64,000 nt of DNA from Octopus vulgaris (taxonomy: Eukaryota): contig OX597815.1 in NCBI GenBank assembly GCA_951406725.2, positions 63,054,001 through 63,118,000 of the forward strand. Direction: 5' to 3'. Position numbers and translations under genes: made by a program. The notes below the pieces were generated by a model, which was not told the DNA's origin, searched no databases, and saw only the letters and a program-made list of their open reading frames with translations. Shown piece after piece: positions 12,548-29,551 of this stretch. Positions within the stretch are counted from its first letter, which is position 1. Each line of letters begins with the position of its first letter.

Positions 12548-13335
12548 TATTATTATTATTATAATTATCATTGTTGTGGTTGTTGTTGTTATTATTATAA
12601 TTAGTATCGTTGTTGTTGTTGTTATTATTATTACATTGAAAAAATACTATGTTCAGATGTTTTCGCTTTTATTGTGTTACTTTTTTTGTATCTGAGTATC
12701 ATAACTTCTTAGTTTTTAATGTTCTCAACGCCACACACTAAACTTCAGAATATGGAGTGCTGACGACTTCTATACGCCCCCTTTTTGAAGTGGACGGGTT
12801 TGGTTATACAAACCTTAGAGACAGAATTTTGTTTTATGCCGATTTTACAGCCAGAATTTAACTATTAGGGTTTTACAGTTCATCAAATTCATATTTTCCC
12901 CATAATCGTTCCACGTTATCGGTTCGTATTTTTACAGTCACAGCTACACATCGGTGATGCTCTTATTTTGTTTGTGACGTATATTTGTGTGTTAATAGTA
13001 GCCTGGTGTGGACATATCATTATTGCTTCCATAGCTAATCTCGTTTTTTTTCTCCAATAGATTCTATTAACTATGTATGTATTATCTATTAATATATTTC
13101 TATCCTGATTAGTTGTGTGGTATATTGTGTAATTTCTTTGCAATTGCCCTTTATTTTAAATGCATGGTGAGGCAATATGACATTTAGTACCGTTAAGAAA
13201 AGATATGCATAGCAAAATTACGGCTTATTGCCTTAAATATTTGTGTTTGTCTATAGGCGAACAAAGTGGAAGGTTGAACTGTTCTACATGTATAAAAGCT
13301 CAGATATTACTTTGTTTTCAAAATGAAACTAACGA

Positions 13336-13687
13336 TAGTGGTACTCAACCATTTTTTTTTACCTATGGACCCCTTTAATTACTATTTTTTTCTGGTGACC
13401 CTCATAGCCATTCGATGCTTTTCAAACTATTTTACTAGATACTTTTTTCAAACTTCCTGTTTTGATTTTCACACGTTCACAGGCATACGTTAGCAAGAAA
13501 CGTTAAACTATGCGTTAGATATAGAACCTTAGCTGTTTCTTACAACAAATACATCTAAAGCAAAATTTTTTTCATGGATCCTTAAAATAATACTGTGGAT
13601 TTTCAAATTACTAATTTGCTTGCGTGGGCATCCAAAGCCTTATATGGACCTCCCAGGAAGCATACGGATCCTGGTTGAGAATCACTG
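13336..13687. mobile_element. hAT (Charlie-type) MITE
   Basis: TIRs tagtggtactcaacc / ggttgagaatcactg; same family as 48880-49635; TSD not preserved. Confidence 0.7.
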
Positions 13688-14210
13688 CCCGAGACGATGT
13701 AGAGAGCGATAAAACGCATATTGTTATTATAGTGGTTGTTATCATCTTTCTCGTCATCATCATCAACGTCATCATCATTGATTTTAAAGCTCGCATCAAC
13801 AGTTGAACGCAGTACTAAATACATAAAAGTATTTAGCTTCTGTCTGCGTTTTCGGAATTCCAATATTTGCAGGCACAACCGCAGGTACAAATAATTCACG
13901 ATGTGAAAATGCTGCCAGTCACTTGCACCTCTTCCCCCACATAAATAACTAATAATTCATTATTTTCTTCCATTTTCTTTCCGCCATATTCATTTATTTA
14001 TCAGATTAAATCCATCATTAATCCGTCTTATTGGAAATCTCTTTCAGTATTGGCCAGTTTGTTCCTGTCAATGTGTGTGAGAGAGAGTGTATGTGTGTAT
14101 GTGTGTGCGTATGTGTGTGGTGCGTGTGTATATAGCATTAATGAATGCTTCTGGGCGTTTGTGCATATATTAATATATGTATGTGCGAGCGTGTCTGCCT
14201 GAAAGTTGTG

Positions 14211-14249
<39 letters not shown>

Positions 14250-14981
14250 CTGTCGTTAATATGTAGTTATGCGTTGAATACCTTTGAAATTTTAATATAT
14301 TTTAGCTTTTATACTGTCTCAACAATAACCTATTTGTTTGCCATTGCGAACATCTTAGGATTGTCTCCAAGACATCCACTGGAGTCTGAATACTTCGAAT
14401 GTTTGGTGCACAAGAGGAGTGCTTCCAAAACACTGATATCTCATCTAATGAGTGCTTATGCTGCCAGCAACCAACCAACACACACACACACATACACACA
14501 CATACACACACACACGGCAGTATTCTACATAAGAATACTAAATAGAATCACGCACTTTGACAACCTCCAGTGAATACCATTCCCACTAATATTCCATCCA
14601 TTCACCAATAATCTAGCACATGGAACCAATTGTACGCCGCAATTAGAAATTGTCCATTCTCCTCGAAGAAGTGTAATACGAAGGACAACGTCGTACAAGA
14701 GACAATAAGTGAGAAAATGATGTTGTTGTTGCTGTTAATATTGTTCCCCAATTCAGCCAGCCCTGCTTGAATGTTCAGTACAAGCTTCATTCTTTTTTTT
14801 TAAGTAGGTTATGATTTGTGGGTGAATTGCTGGCAGTTTCAACAAAATCGATCTATCATATAAAGATGTCTTCGTTGACTCCTTTATAAAGGAATAAATT
14901 TTCTTTCTGACGCTGACAAAGTTGGGAGGAGGAGTTAGTTGGCGGAATCAGTCTCAGGATCTTGATTACTTCTTTATATAA

Positions 14982-15369
14982 TCTCTCTATATATAAACGG
15001 CAGTTTGTCTATCTGTGTGTCTGTGTGTCTGTCAGGTTGTACCCTCACCCTGACCACGGCTTTCAACCGATTCTGATGAAACTTTATAAAGAAAGTGTAA
15101 ACAAAAAGGTATTCGAATAACTTGCGGCTGCAGCAGCTATTAGCAGAAGTGGCGGTGTTGGGGGTAAAGTCTCGAATGTAATTTCTTCCTGGTAGGAATT
15201 GGTTGGGTTGAATTATCGATAGCTGTTTGATAGTTATTTGGGAGTGAAGAGAGGACATTGCAACCTACACATGCACCTTCGTTCCCTAGAGGGAAAGGAC
15301 TAGATTGGGATTAGTCGTTGCCTACTAGGGGCTCTTACATACCCGGGCAACACCAGGCTATGCTGCTAG
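14982..15369 (+). mobile_element. Non-autonomous Helitron
   Basis: A|TCtctctatatataaa 5' end, ctgt-type repeat, 3' hairpin ccgggcaacaccagg then CTAG|T (A-T target, no TSD). Confidence 0.8.
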
Positions 15370-15379
15370 TCGACTTATA

Positions 15380-15640
15380 AGAAGGAAATTTGACGTCGGC
15401 GTGATTTGAAGTCAGAACGTAGTACCCAAAACTACAGTTGTATTTTGTCCGACGCTTTAACGATTCTCCCAATTCACTGTCGTATGTAAATATAAAGAAA
15501 TAATTGTTTCAAATTTTTGGTACAAATCCATTAATTTTGCAACAGGGTGATTAAGTCGATAAGATTGACCCCAGTGTGCGGCTGGTGCTTATTTTATTGG
15601 CCCTGAAACGATGAAAAGCAAAGCTGACCTCAGCGGAATC
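15380..15640 (-). mobile_element. SINE family B fragments (decayed)
   Basis: ttgaccccagtgtgcggctggtgcttattttattggccctgaaacgatgaaaagcaaagctgacctcagcggaat, plus an upstream head relic. Confidence 0.6.
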
Positions 15641-16118
15641 AATATAAAAATATATGAAAAGCTCGACACGTGGTTATATAAAAGGATTTTGAGGGCAGTG
15701 ACGTCATTAATGGAGATACTAGTCATATTCTCGAGAAAACAACACGTTCATCTTTGGTTTCAACTGAAGGTCCATCATTCATTTATGACTTCAAAAAGAT
15801 GTAAAACTCTTGGAGACCATACCTCTATAAAATGTTTGGACAGGAGGGGAAAAATTAATTCAGAAAGTTGCTGTCGGATCTCTCGGTGAGTTGAAGTGTG
15901 TTTAGTGAAGCATGCGAGGACTAGCATCGACAGATGAGAGGGAAAGCAGGCATTCATACACGCATCAAATGTACACACACACAAACACACAAACACACAT
16001 ATATACATACATACATACATACATACATACATACATACATACATACATACATACATACATACATACATACATGATACATACATACATACATACATACATA
16101 CATACATACATACATACA

Positions 16119-16330
16119 TCATTGGAGCAATAGGAGACATACCAACCCGTGTGAAGCAAAGTATGGGTGAACTTGGGATCTCCGGGAGAGAATGCAAATC
16201 CTTAATTTATACGCTGCAAATGATCGCAATATCTTGGATGATAAAAATCTGAAACAATTTCTTAAGATTTAAAGGATAATTGTTAAAACAAGATTCTTTT
16301 CTTCACAGCCTTACTGCCAAGTAGGTACCC
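16119..16330 (+). mobile_element. Extreme 3' end of an RLE-type non-LTR element (clade unresolved)
   Basis: IGAIGDIPTRVKQSMGELGISGRECKSLIYTLQMIAI resembles the GALG..P...L..LG...LQ tail of RLE domains. Confidence 0.5.
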
Positions 16331-16851
16331 GGTCAAAAGTTACTCTAAATTGGTTCCAAATTTCGGCACAAGGCTCGGAGTCTTGGAGAAGGGTCTACTG
16401 GCATTTAGAACATGCATGCAAACATACATACGTACGTGCATACATACATAAATACATACATACATACATACATACATACATACATACAAGCATGCATGCC
16501 TACACACACATCACACAAATTGTTGGCTTTAAGCAGTAATGCCAACTACACTACTACACTTAATTCATTATTACAGAATCCTTGGTTACCCAACGTCAAT
16601 CAGACCTGTACGTGATCTCACTTCTGTATTTGCAGAAAGACATTCAACCAACAAAAACACACGCTGGTTATATTTCACTTTGCATTTAATTAACTCATTT
16701 ACAAATTAACGAGCAACGAGTGTGATAACTAGCGGGGTATATTTTTCACTGGAGAGAAATCTTCCCACAAATCAATTCACCTTCCTAACAACGGGATTAT
16801 ACTTCACTTCATGAGCCGCTATTGTACTAAATATTGTTGAGTATTTAGCCA

Positions 16852-18472
<1,621 letters not shown>

Positions 18473-18508
18473 ATATATATATATATATACATGAATGCAT
18501 GTATGTGC

Positions 18509-18556
<48 letters not shown>

Positions 18557-18891
18557 GTATACATTTATAAATATATATATGTATAAGTATATTTGAATGT
18601 GAGTACGTTATTTCTTTGTGTGTAGAGAGATATTAATATATTATATTTTCTATATTATCTATTTATGAACGAAAATGTTGCAAGCGGCCTTAAGGCTCCT
18701 TTTCCGGTAAATTGCAGTAGCAGCTAACGGATGAGGATGTAAGAAGTGACTGGCGAGCATACATATAAACGTATATACAGACAGACATACAGACAGACGT
18801 ATACATATATGCATGTGCGTACATTTATATACATACATATATACATATATATATACATATATATACATATATATGTATATATATATATATT

Positions 18892-18964
<73 letters not shown>

Positions 18965-18967
18965 ATG

Positions 18968-18998
<31 letters not shown>

Positions 18999-19063
18999 AC
19001 ATATATATATACACACATATATATGTAGGTATGTACATATATGTATGTATATATGCATATATT

Positions 19064-19106
<43 letters not shown>

Positions 19107-20001
19107 AATATGTAAGTGTGAGTGTATATCCATTCTTCTTTTTCTTGTTTTTGTTGCTGCAGCTGCTGTTGCTGTTATTGGTATCAAATCTTCAAGAATA
19201 CACATATATAAGAATATAAGAATATTTATGCATGTGATTGTGGGCATATATATACACACACGCACACACATACATATAAACTGATCTAGATAGATAGATG
19301 GAGAGAGAGAGAGGGAGAGAGAGAGAGAGATAGACAGATATACTTACATTCGCATATACATACTCAAATATGCACATATATACATATACATTTTGACACA
19401 TATATACATACATAGATACATACCTACATACATGCATACATACAAACAAACATACATACATACATACATACACACACACATACATACATACATACATACA
19501 TACATACATACATACATACATACATACATACATACATACATTCATACATACACACATACAGACAACGTAGAGACTAACGGACAGTCTGGCTGTGTTCTGT
19601 AAATGCCAAAAACTCCAATTACTTTCTCCATTGCGTACATTTGGCGCCTTACTCAGAAATGTAATCACGAAATAATAGTACTGTACTCGGCCAGGCCCGC
19701 CGCTTCGCAAACCATCATCATTATTATATTCTTCTTTTTCTTCTTCTTTTTCTTTGCCGCACTAACGCTATTATCGTCGTCGTCACTCTCATCATTAGCG
19801 GCGCCCTCCTCCGCTTTTCTCTTCTTTTTTTTTTCACCTTTCTGCTGCTCTCGAAGACCTCGCATTTACACGCACGTACATGCACACACACGTACACACA
19901 TACACAAGTACACACGCATATGTGATATATATATATATATACACACATATACATACACATATATATATTCATATATGCACGCACACACATATATACATAT
20001 C

Positions 20002-20062
<61 letters not shown>

Positions 20063-20684
20063 TACACACATATACATATTTATATATACACATGCGTATA
20101 TACATACATATGTATATACATTCATATTACGCACACACACGTACACACACGTACACACACAAACACGCTCACTCACACGACTTCCTCTTGAACTACCACC
20201 ACCATCTATTATGATTATCATAACGATGATCATCATCATCATAATCGTCAACATTATCATTTTCATTACCGTTATCGCCACATATCATTCGTATCATCAT
20301 CAACATCATTGTCGTCACCATCACAATCATTATCATCATCGTCGTTATAATCGCCATTGCCATATTGTAGATGTCCTTCTCCCCCACTTACACGATTTGT
20401 TCTCCCCCTCATCTTCCTCTTCCTCGCTGTAGTCGTCATTGGCATCATCAGCATCAGCATCATCATTCCCGTAACTGTTTTCACGCCATTATCCTCTACT
20501 ATACAAATGCTATTATTATTAATTTCCGTGTTAGGTTGAGCGGTGGAATTGCTCAGAAATGGTATTAGAACCACCAGACAATATGGTTTTACCCTTTTTG
20601 CACTGAATAGTTACGAATATATTCAATTTTTTCCTCTTCCGCCGCCATATTGGTCGCTTTAATTCCCTCCGTATCTAGCTACCT

Positions 20685-20686
20685 GC

Positions 20687-20745
<59 letters not shown>

Positions 20746-20977
20746 GCTGTCTGTCTGTCTGTCTATCTTAATCACTCACTCACTCACTCACTCACTCACT
20801 CACTCACTCACTCACTCACTCACTCACTTACTCACTCGCTCACTAACTCGCTCACTCACTCTCTCGCTCTCTCACTCGCTCACTCACTCACTCGTTCACT
20901 CACCCACTCGCTCGCTCACTCACTCACTCACTCGCTCACTCACACACTCACTCGCTCGCTCACTCACTCGCTCACTC
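20685..20977. repeat. Compound (ATCT)n/(ACTC)n/(GCTC)n microsatellite
   Basis: Direct inspection. Confidence 0.9.
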
Positions 20978-22654
20978 CTCTCAGGAATTCTGTGTTTAGT
21001 TTCTATCGAGGAATCCTCTGGCATTGGTCCCTCCCAGAAACGATATAATAATCACTAATTGATACTACTACCTTTGCTACGTCTATTGTTATAGTTGTTC
21101 ATGGGTTAGCACCGATTGAATGACGTGCTTGCCGTGGCCACCATGTCTTATTGTATGTCATGCACTTCATTGTAGTGTATGTCCTCCGATTTTTAAGACA
21201 TTATGATATGACTTAAGAAAGGTTGTTGTTTCTAAAAAATCGAGAGATTGCACAAAATCTCCATTCTTAACTCCGATGAAACCCAATTATAGAATAAACT
21301 CTATTCGTTTCGATTGACTCCACCGATCACCTTAAGGGTATATTTTATCTCCTTTGTAATTATTGTCAAACCCAAATACCTTAGTGGCTCGTTACGGAAA
21401 TTTGGATGCCAGCAAAATTTTGTGTTTGCTGTGCATGGGGGAAGAAACAAAGCCCTTGCTGGCCCACAAAGGTTGACACGTTAATGTTCTGCTTAAGCTG
21501 TTGTAGGCCTACATTTGTAGGAAAGACATGTCAGAAAATTCCAGCGGGCTGATGTTCTGGCAAAGAAGGACTAGCCATATCTGCCAGTGCGGAGAAAAGG
21601 GGTAAGAGACAACAAGAGTGACACGAGTGGAAATAGGTGTGTGGGTGTGTCTGAGAGATAGAGGTACAGCCCAACCAAACCTGAAAAGCAGATGTCATTA
21701 TAGTAGTGATAAAAGAAATAGAGGAGATAGCATCCCACCGTAGTCTATAAATGGGTGTGTTTCTGTAAGTGCTAATCAGCAAAATTGCTCACCTCTGATT
21801 GAGTGAATTTTCTCTGGATGCCACCCTGTTTACGATTGTAACATAGTGAACCCCTCCAAAGATGCTCAACGTTCACTTGGTGTGTTAAGCCGTGCGAAGG
21901 ATTTAGATTATCAACCCAAATCAAAACAAGGATGGAATTCCAGATAGTTTCCGTCTGCCAAATCTCTGTGGACGCAAGTTTATGATGGGTGACACTTGCC
22001 TAAAAGGCTATGCATTGAAATCGATCCTGAGATCATGTGGATGCTATGAGAACTTCAGCGCAGACTGTGCTTTCTGCCTGGGATGATCGCTGTTCATTAT
22101 AATATTAAGTTCGGATATTTCATTTGATCAATAACCTTTGTATCTTTATTCAAGGTATGAAAATTTTACATTCATATTTCCCTATTTTTAAATTTGTAGT
22201 ATTAGACCCCGTCAGGAATTCACTAGACTTGGAAAAAACAGTAAAACAAGAAACATAACTTCTTCACAGCATTTAGGTGTTCTTTTATAGTTTGGATTTA
22301 AATTTTCATCCTCTATTGAACTTGATAAGAAAGGATCCTGTAGTTGTTATTGTTTCCGTTCTTGTTGCTGTTGTTGTTGTTTTGGTGATGGGGCTCATAC
22401 TTTTTTCAGTCAGAGTTGCTCTGATTGAGCGAACAAACAATCCTTCAGGCAAATGTAAGAAGATAAGAAAGTATGACGTTATTATGTTATGCACGATTTA
22501 GAAAAGAGTTGAACACACCATATATTTATTCCCTAGGTAATTCTACTGCTGGCCACTATGAATTATCACTCATAGCACATTCTTGTTTAAATTAACAATG
22601 CCATAAATGTGTTCAGCATATATAAGTGTGTGAGTGTGTGCGCGTGTGTGTGTG

Positions 22655-22720
<66 letters not shown>

Positions 22721-22914
22721 CGTGTGTCGTTGAATGCTCGAAATGAGGAGTAGATAGACAGCCAACAACTGCCAAAGGGTCCTTTCTCTGCGTTTACTTG
22801 TCATGTTTTCCATTTTTTCTCGTTGTTTACATATTTCACTCGGTTTCCCTCGTTTGTTTACGTATTTCATGTTATTTTCACCGTTTGTGACGTCCTGTAC
22901 CCATATATGCATAT

Positions 22915-23317
22915 GAGTGGCTGCGTGGTAAGTAGCTTGCTTACCAGCCACATGGTTCTGGGTTCAGTCCCACTGCGTGGCACCTTGGGCAAGTGATTTC
23001 TACTATAGCCTCGGGCCGACCAAAGCCTTGTGAGTGGATTTGGTAGACGGAAACTGAAAGAAGCCCGTCGTATATATAAATATATATGTGCATGTGTATA
23101 TGTGTGGCTGTGTTTGTCCCCCCAACATCACTTGACAACCGATGCTGGTGTGTTTACGTACCCGTTCATTAGCGGTTCGGCAAAAGAGACCGATAGAATA
23201 AGTACTAGGCTTACAAAGAACAAGTCCTGGGGTCGATTTGCTCGACTAAAGGCGGTGATCCAGCATGGCCACAGTCAAATGACTGAAACAAGTAAAAGAG
23301 TAAAAAAAGAAAAGAGT
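22915..23317 (+). mobile_element. SINE family A, full length
   Basis: gagtggctgcgtggtaagtagc...ggttcagtccc...caccttgggcaagtg...ctgaaacaagtaaaagagt. Confidence 0.9.
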
Positions 23318-23350
23318 ATATCGGCATCCGGCGGCGGCCACGAAACATTT

Positions 23351-23537
23351 AGGTACAGGAGTGGCTGTGTAGTAAATAGCTTGTTTACCAAGCACATGGT
23401 TCTGGGTTCAGTCCCACTGCGTGGCACCTGGAACAAGTGTCTACTACCAAAGCCTCGGGCCGACCAAAGCCTTCAGAGTGTATATGGTAGATGGAAACTG
23501 AAAGAAGCCCATCGTATATATATGCTGCTGCTGCTGA

Positions 23538-23611
<74 letters not shown>

Positions 23612-23820
23612 ATATGTTTGTGTGTCTGTGTTTGTTCCCCCAACATCGCTTGACAACCGATGCAGGTGTGTTTACGTCCCCGTCACTTAGCGGTTCGGCA
23701 AGAGAGATTGATAGAATAAATATTTGGCTTACAAAGAGTAAGTTCAGGGGTCGATTTGCTTGACTAAATGCGTCGCTCTAGCATGGCCGCAGTCGAATAA
23801 CTGACACAAATAAAAGAATA
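23351..23820 (+). mobile_element. SINE family A, full length, tandem to the previous copy
   Basis: Same modules, with an expanded internal (TA)n(TG)n; 35 bp downstream of the 22915 copy. Confidence 0.88.
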
Positions 23821-24327
23821 TATATTTATAAATATATATATTATATATTATTTATCATTTTTCACGTATATTTATGTATGTATCTATGCATGCATGTATG
23901 TAAGTATATGAATGTATGTATATATTCATGCATGTGCGTATGTTTTAGGCAATGAACAGAAAAACAAGCCAACAAGGTTTGACAATTGTTAGCTTAGATA
24001 CATGCTTAAAAGGAAAGACTCACGACATTTCGGACGGTAGTCATTCATACTATACCTGTGTGTTCCCAGTATACTACGAACAAGTTAAAATGTAACTGAA
24101 AACGTCTGGTAAAAAGAAATATTTAACTAGTAAAGTCATATTCTCAGGTAAAAGTACATTGTTACACTGAATTTTATGTCATACATTACAGCTTCTGAAC
24201 TTTATTAACCCGTATCGTTTGGTGTCATGTAACATTGTGTGAATGTGTATCCGCCCACACCTAACACCACATCGAATATTCATATACTTACATATACGTG
24301 TGTATGTATATATATTTATGCGCATAT

Positions 24328-24374
<47 letters not shown>

Positions 24375-24465
24375 TACATATCTCCATGTGTGTGTATGTA
24401 CTTATATACATACATACAAATGCATACACATATATATACATATATATATGCATATATATATGTAA

Positions 24466-24505
<40 letters not shown>

Positions 24506-25186
24506 ATGTGTATATATATATATATATATATATTGCACACAGATACGTAAACGTTTACTAACATCTATACACATATAGGCACGTATATACAAACGCACGC
24601 ACACACTCACACACACACACCGACACACACACACACACACACACACACTGTGTTACTGAAATACAAACTCACAATGGTGACATAATTGCAAAAATTCTGG
24701 ATTGTGTAAAAGGAAAAAATTGCTTCCCTAATAAATTTGATGTATATATCGCGATGCATTATGGGAGTTATCTTCACCCACATAGGGGTAAAGAAAAGAG
24801 AGAGAATGAGAACGAGAGAAAAGAGAGAAAAAGACAGAGAAAGACAGAAAGAGAGGGTGAGAATAGGAAATAGAGAGTGGAAGCGTGACTTCTTCAGACG
24901 GTGAGGAGAATGAAAAGAATAAAACATATATAGAAAAGAGAAGGTAAGAAAGATGGGAAATGCTGGGGCAATTGGGTGGATATAAAAGTAGAGAGCGAAG
25001 AAGAGAACGGAAGAGGTGAAGAGAGAAAGGGACAAAGCACGACAGAAAGAAATCGTGAGGGAGAGAGAGGGGAGAGGGGGAGAAAGGGGAGACAGAGAGA
25101 GAAACAAACAGGCAAAGACGGAGGAAAAGGGAGCGAGAGAAAGAGTTTGTTTCATGCAGAAATCATAACTGGAAGCGGGGTAAAAG

Positions 25187-25227
<41 letters not shown>

Positions 25228-25291
25228 AAGAGAGTGGGAGATAAGAGATAGACAGGGTAAGAAAGAGGAATATATGAAAACGACTATGAAA

Positions 25292-25336
<45 letters not shown>

Positions 25337-25374
25337 ACATATATATACATGCGCATATATATTCTCATATAGAA

Positions 25375-25436
<62 letters not shown>

Positions 25437-25574
25437 AGTGTACATACATAATATACGTACATGTATGTGTACGTAGAGAGTGAAGGAAATAGGAAAACGG
25501 TGTATAGATATGTATGTGTATGTACGTACGTACGTACGTGCGTATGTACGTATGTATGTGTCTATATATATATA

Positions 25575-25616
<42 letters not shown>

Positions 25617-25798
25617 TATATATATGTGTGTGTGTGTGTAGATACATGTGTGTGTGTGTACGAACATATATATGCACAGACATATATATATATATTACAT
25701 ATACATACATATATACAGACACACACATATATATACATACATATACATATATATATATACATATATATATATATATGTATATATACACACATACATAG

Positions 25799-25850
<52 letters not shown>

Positions 25851-26361
25851 TTGAATATGTATGCGTCTACATGTGTGTGAGAGAGAGAGAGAAAGAGAGG
25901 CAGAGAAGTAATGAGTTGGAAGTTAGGGTAGGAAATGAACGGCAAGCTCGGTTGGAAAGTGGTTTATTAAAAATAGGTCAATTATGTGTAATCGATAGAG
26001 AAATTGGAGAGAGAAAGAGTGAGGGAGAGAGAAAGAGTGAGGGAGAGAGAAAAAGGTTGATTGAACTGTGAGAGTGTGGGAGAGAGGAAAACAGATAAAG
26101 AGAAAATTAGAGATAGAGACAGATAGGGAGAGAGAGAAGGGTAGTTAGACAGGATAGCGTGTAAGAGAGAAAGACCAGTGAGAGAAGAATAAAGTAGTTG
26201 GAGTTCGTGTGACATATGTATGAGACTTATGTGTATACGTATGTGCGTTTAGATGGATGTGTGTATATATGTATGTGTATTTATATGTGTGTGCATATGT
26301 ATGTTCGTACGCACACACACGTATGTACACACACACACGTATGTGCACACATATATATATA

Positions 26362-26421
<60 letters not shown>

Positions 26422-26495
26422 CGTAGCCAATGCACATATGTGAATATATATATTTCTATACAGTATATATCTTTACGTGTGTGTATATACATATG

Positions 26496-26530
<35 letters not shown>

Positions 26531-26537
26531 GCATATA

Positions 26538-26606
<69 letters not shown>

Positions 26607-26648
26607 ACATATATACATATATATATATATAGTAAAAAAGGGGTAGAA

Positions 26649-26687
<39 letters not shown>

Positions 26688-29110
26688 GTATATGTACATG
26701 TATATATATAAGCGCACACATACACGTACTGCTGTATCCATAAACGTATGTGTATGTATGTATGTATATATATATATATACAAACATATATATGTATATA
26801 TAAGTATGTATATACATATATGTGTGTGTGTGTGTGTACTTACATATATATTAAGGAAGAGATAAGTGTAGTTCCGATGCTTGATAAATATTATTATTAC
26901 TATGATAATGTAAGAAATCCTCGTTATCATCCTAGTAGTAGTAGTGGTGGTGGTGTCAGTGCTGGTGGGGGTGCTGGTGGTGCTGGTGCTGGTTGTGGCG
27001 GTTTGAAAAAAAAACCTGTAAGCTGTAATTAATTGGCGACAAGTGGAAGCAATATAAACTGTAGTATTGGTGGTGGTTATGGTGGTCGTGGTATTGATGG
27101 CGGTGTTGGTGGTGTTTATGTGCGGTAATAATGGTGGTGATGGCGATGTCAGTGTTGGTGGTGGTTGTTTTTTGTTTGGTAATAAATGTGGTTTTGTTGC
27201 CGATGGTGCTGGCAGTGGTGGTGGTGGTGGCCGTCGTCGTATTGGTAGTGCTGACGGTGGTTAGGGTTAGGGTTTTTGTTGTTGTTGTAAGTTATGGTGG
27301 TGGTGGTGGTGGTAGTGATGGCTGTAAAACTGATCAATTAGATATTGCATCTTTTCCAGATGATTGTTGTGACGATGGTAGAGTTACTAGTTTTCGATAT
27401 AATTTTTGCTCTTGTTGTTGCTGTTGTTGCCGTCGTTGTTGTTGTTTTTAAACTAGCTCTGGTTCCGAGAACCTAGGGTCAATTGTGTTCCAGATGTAAC
27501 CATCCCATCTTTATATCCATGTATCCAAGCACTGTCTGTGTTATGTTCTTTTCAAGACGACAGGGGGATACTGGAAGGAGAGTTGGCTGCCGTCTCTAGC
27601 ATATCAAGCGACTGTGTGGCGCTTCCATCGTCGGTTCGACAGTCACGTTGTTGCGGTTGGTGCCGCATTGTTGTTCTAGTAATTATGATGGTTGTATCGT
27701 TGTTGTTGCTGTTCTTGGTGGTGGTGGTCATGGTGGTGGGGTTTAGAAAATGCTAAACTAAACAAAGCTACAGCAAGGATAACAACGAAGTCAGTGCTTA
27801 ATGATTGTCACTGCATCACCACCAACTACAACAGCACCCACTACAACAGCTACAGCAATACTAATTGTAGCGTGTATCATCATCATCATCGACATCATCA
27901 TCATCATAAGCAGCAGCAGCAACATCATCATCATCATCAACAGCAACAACAACAAACAGTAAACAAAAATATTTTATAGCAGCCGAATTTTCTGTAATAC
28001 CTTACCGTTTTGAAATGAACAATTTGCAGAGAAGAACATGATGGTCAAGGCTAGAACGCCTTTGATCAGAGATAGTTGAATCCAATGCTGATAAGCCGGG
28101 TCTAAAGAACAACAAAAACAGCTACAACAGCAACAATAACAACAAGAACAACAACTACAACTACGTCCCTCTCCTCCAACACCAAAGCACCTTATTGTCT
28201 CTACTATTAACCCCTCACTTTCGATATCCAACGCTAATGACTTCAAACTATTCATCCTGCAGAACTGCAAAACTCAAGAATCCATTCCCGTCAACTTTTC
28301 TTTCATTTTCTGGAGATATCGACATCCAGGTATTTAAAATTAGCCTTATCCAAAATTGATCTCAGTCATCTAAAATAACCTGAAAATATCGTGATCCCTA
28401 CCCCTATCGTTCTTTGAAAAACTCAGTGAAAGAAAATTTAACAAATACTGCACGTAACAGAAGTTTCTATTATCCTTGCATGAATGTAGAAAGGAGAAAA
28501 CTACTTTCATTCCAAGAATTCCAATATTGTCAAAATGATCGATTTAATTTTAAGTATTTCAGTTTACAATTCAGATATGCCTTGCAATATCCGTCAATAA
28601 GGATGAAAGTCAGAGCTTAGGTATGCTGGTTTCAAAATATGGTAACAACCATACTTTTCACGCAGTTAGTTTTATAGGGACTATTCGGGAATTGCAAATT
28701 ATGAAAACCTTTGTACGTATTCATATCAGAGAATAGTCAAATCAACAAGGATGTTTAAAGTGAGGTTCTATATCAACAGCATTCATTGTGTGTTTAAAAG
28801 CAGAAGATAGCCATCAATGGATTGTCCTGTATTATGGGAGCATTAACAAAACTTGTTTTACATTTTTTCTTTGTTCTTTTGAATTATGCAAGAAATAGAA
28901 TGTCTGGAATTCTTTACACTCAAGAACTGTCGACTCAGACCATTATAGGCTCCTCGGAATCAATTGTTTACTCCATACACAATTACAAGATTCTTTCATC
29001 AGTTTTATGAAATTTTAGAGGCTTCTACCACTGATAGCTATTCGCCATAGTACACACACACAAATATACACACATACACACAAACATACACACACACGCA
29101 CACGCACACG

Positions 29111-29186
<76 letters not shown>

Positions 29187-29370
29187 CATGTGAGCAGAAA
29201 GAAACAAAACAAGATGAAGTATGTAAGAAGTACTCTAATATCGAGGTAGAGTATAGAACTGATGGTATCTAATGGATAATATGTTTGACAAATATTGTAA
29301 TCATTAAAGCCTATTAAAAACTGAATAGGACTGAGTAACATTACTTACAAATGAACATGGTAATAATAAT

Positions 29371-29414
<44 letters not shown>

Positions 29415-29475
29415 TAACAATAACAATAACAATAACAACAATAACAATAACAATAACAATAATGATAATAATAAT

Positions 29476-29551
<76 letters not shown>

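Noticed and set aside
15070-15085. CTGATGA-AAC and other isolated CUGANGA hits (6697, 7884, 45398, 52449, 58938)
   Set aside because: No helix II/GAAA/helix I arrangement; several lie inside Helitron, Tc1 or Dong sequence
21390-21843. Possible solo LTR (cgttac...gtaaca with an internal ctataaat)
   Set aside because: The 5' end is not TG, there is no TSD or clear poly(A) signal, and there is no second copy to compare
22915-22990. tRNA-like A/B boxes here and in other SINE heads
   Set aside because: They continue into SINE bodies and do not form a full cloverleaf; not tRNA genes
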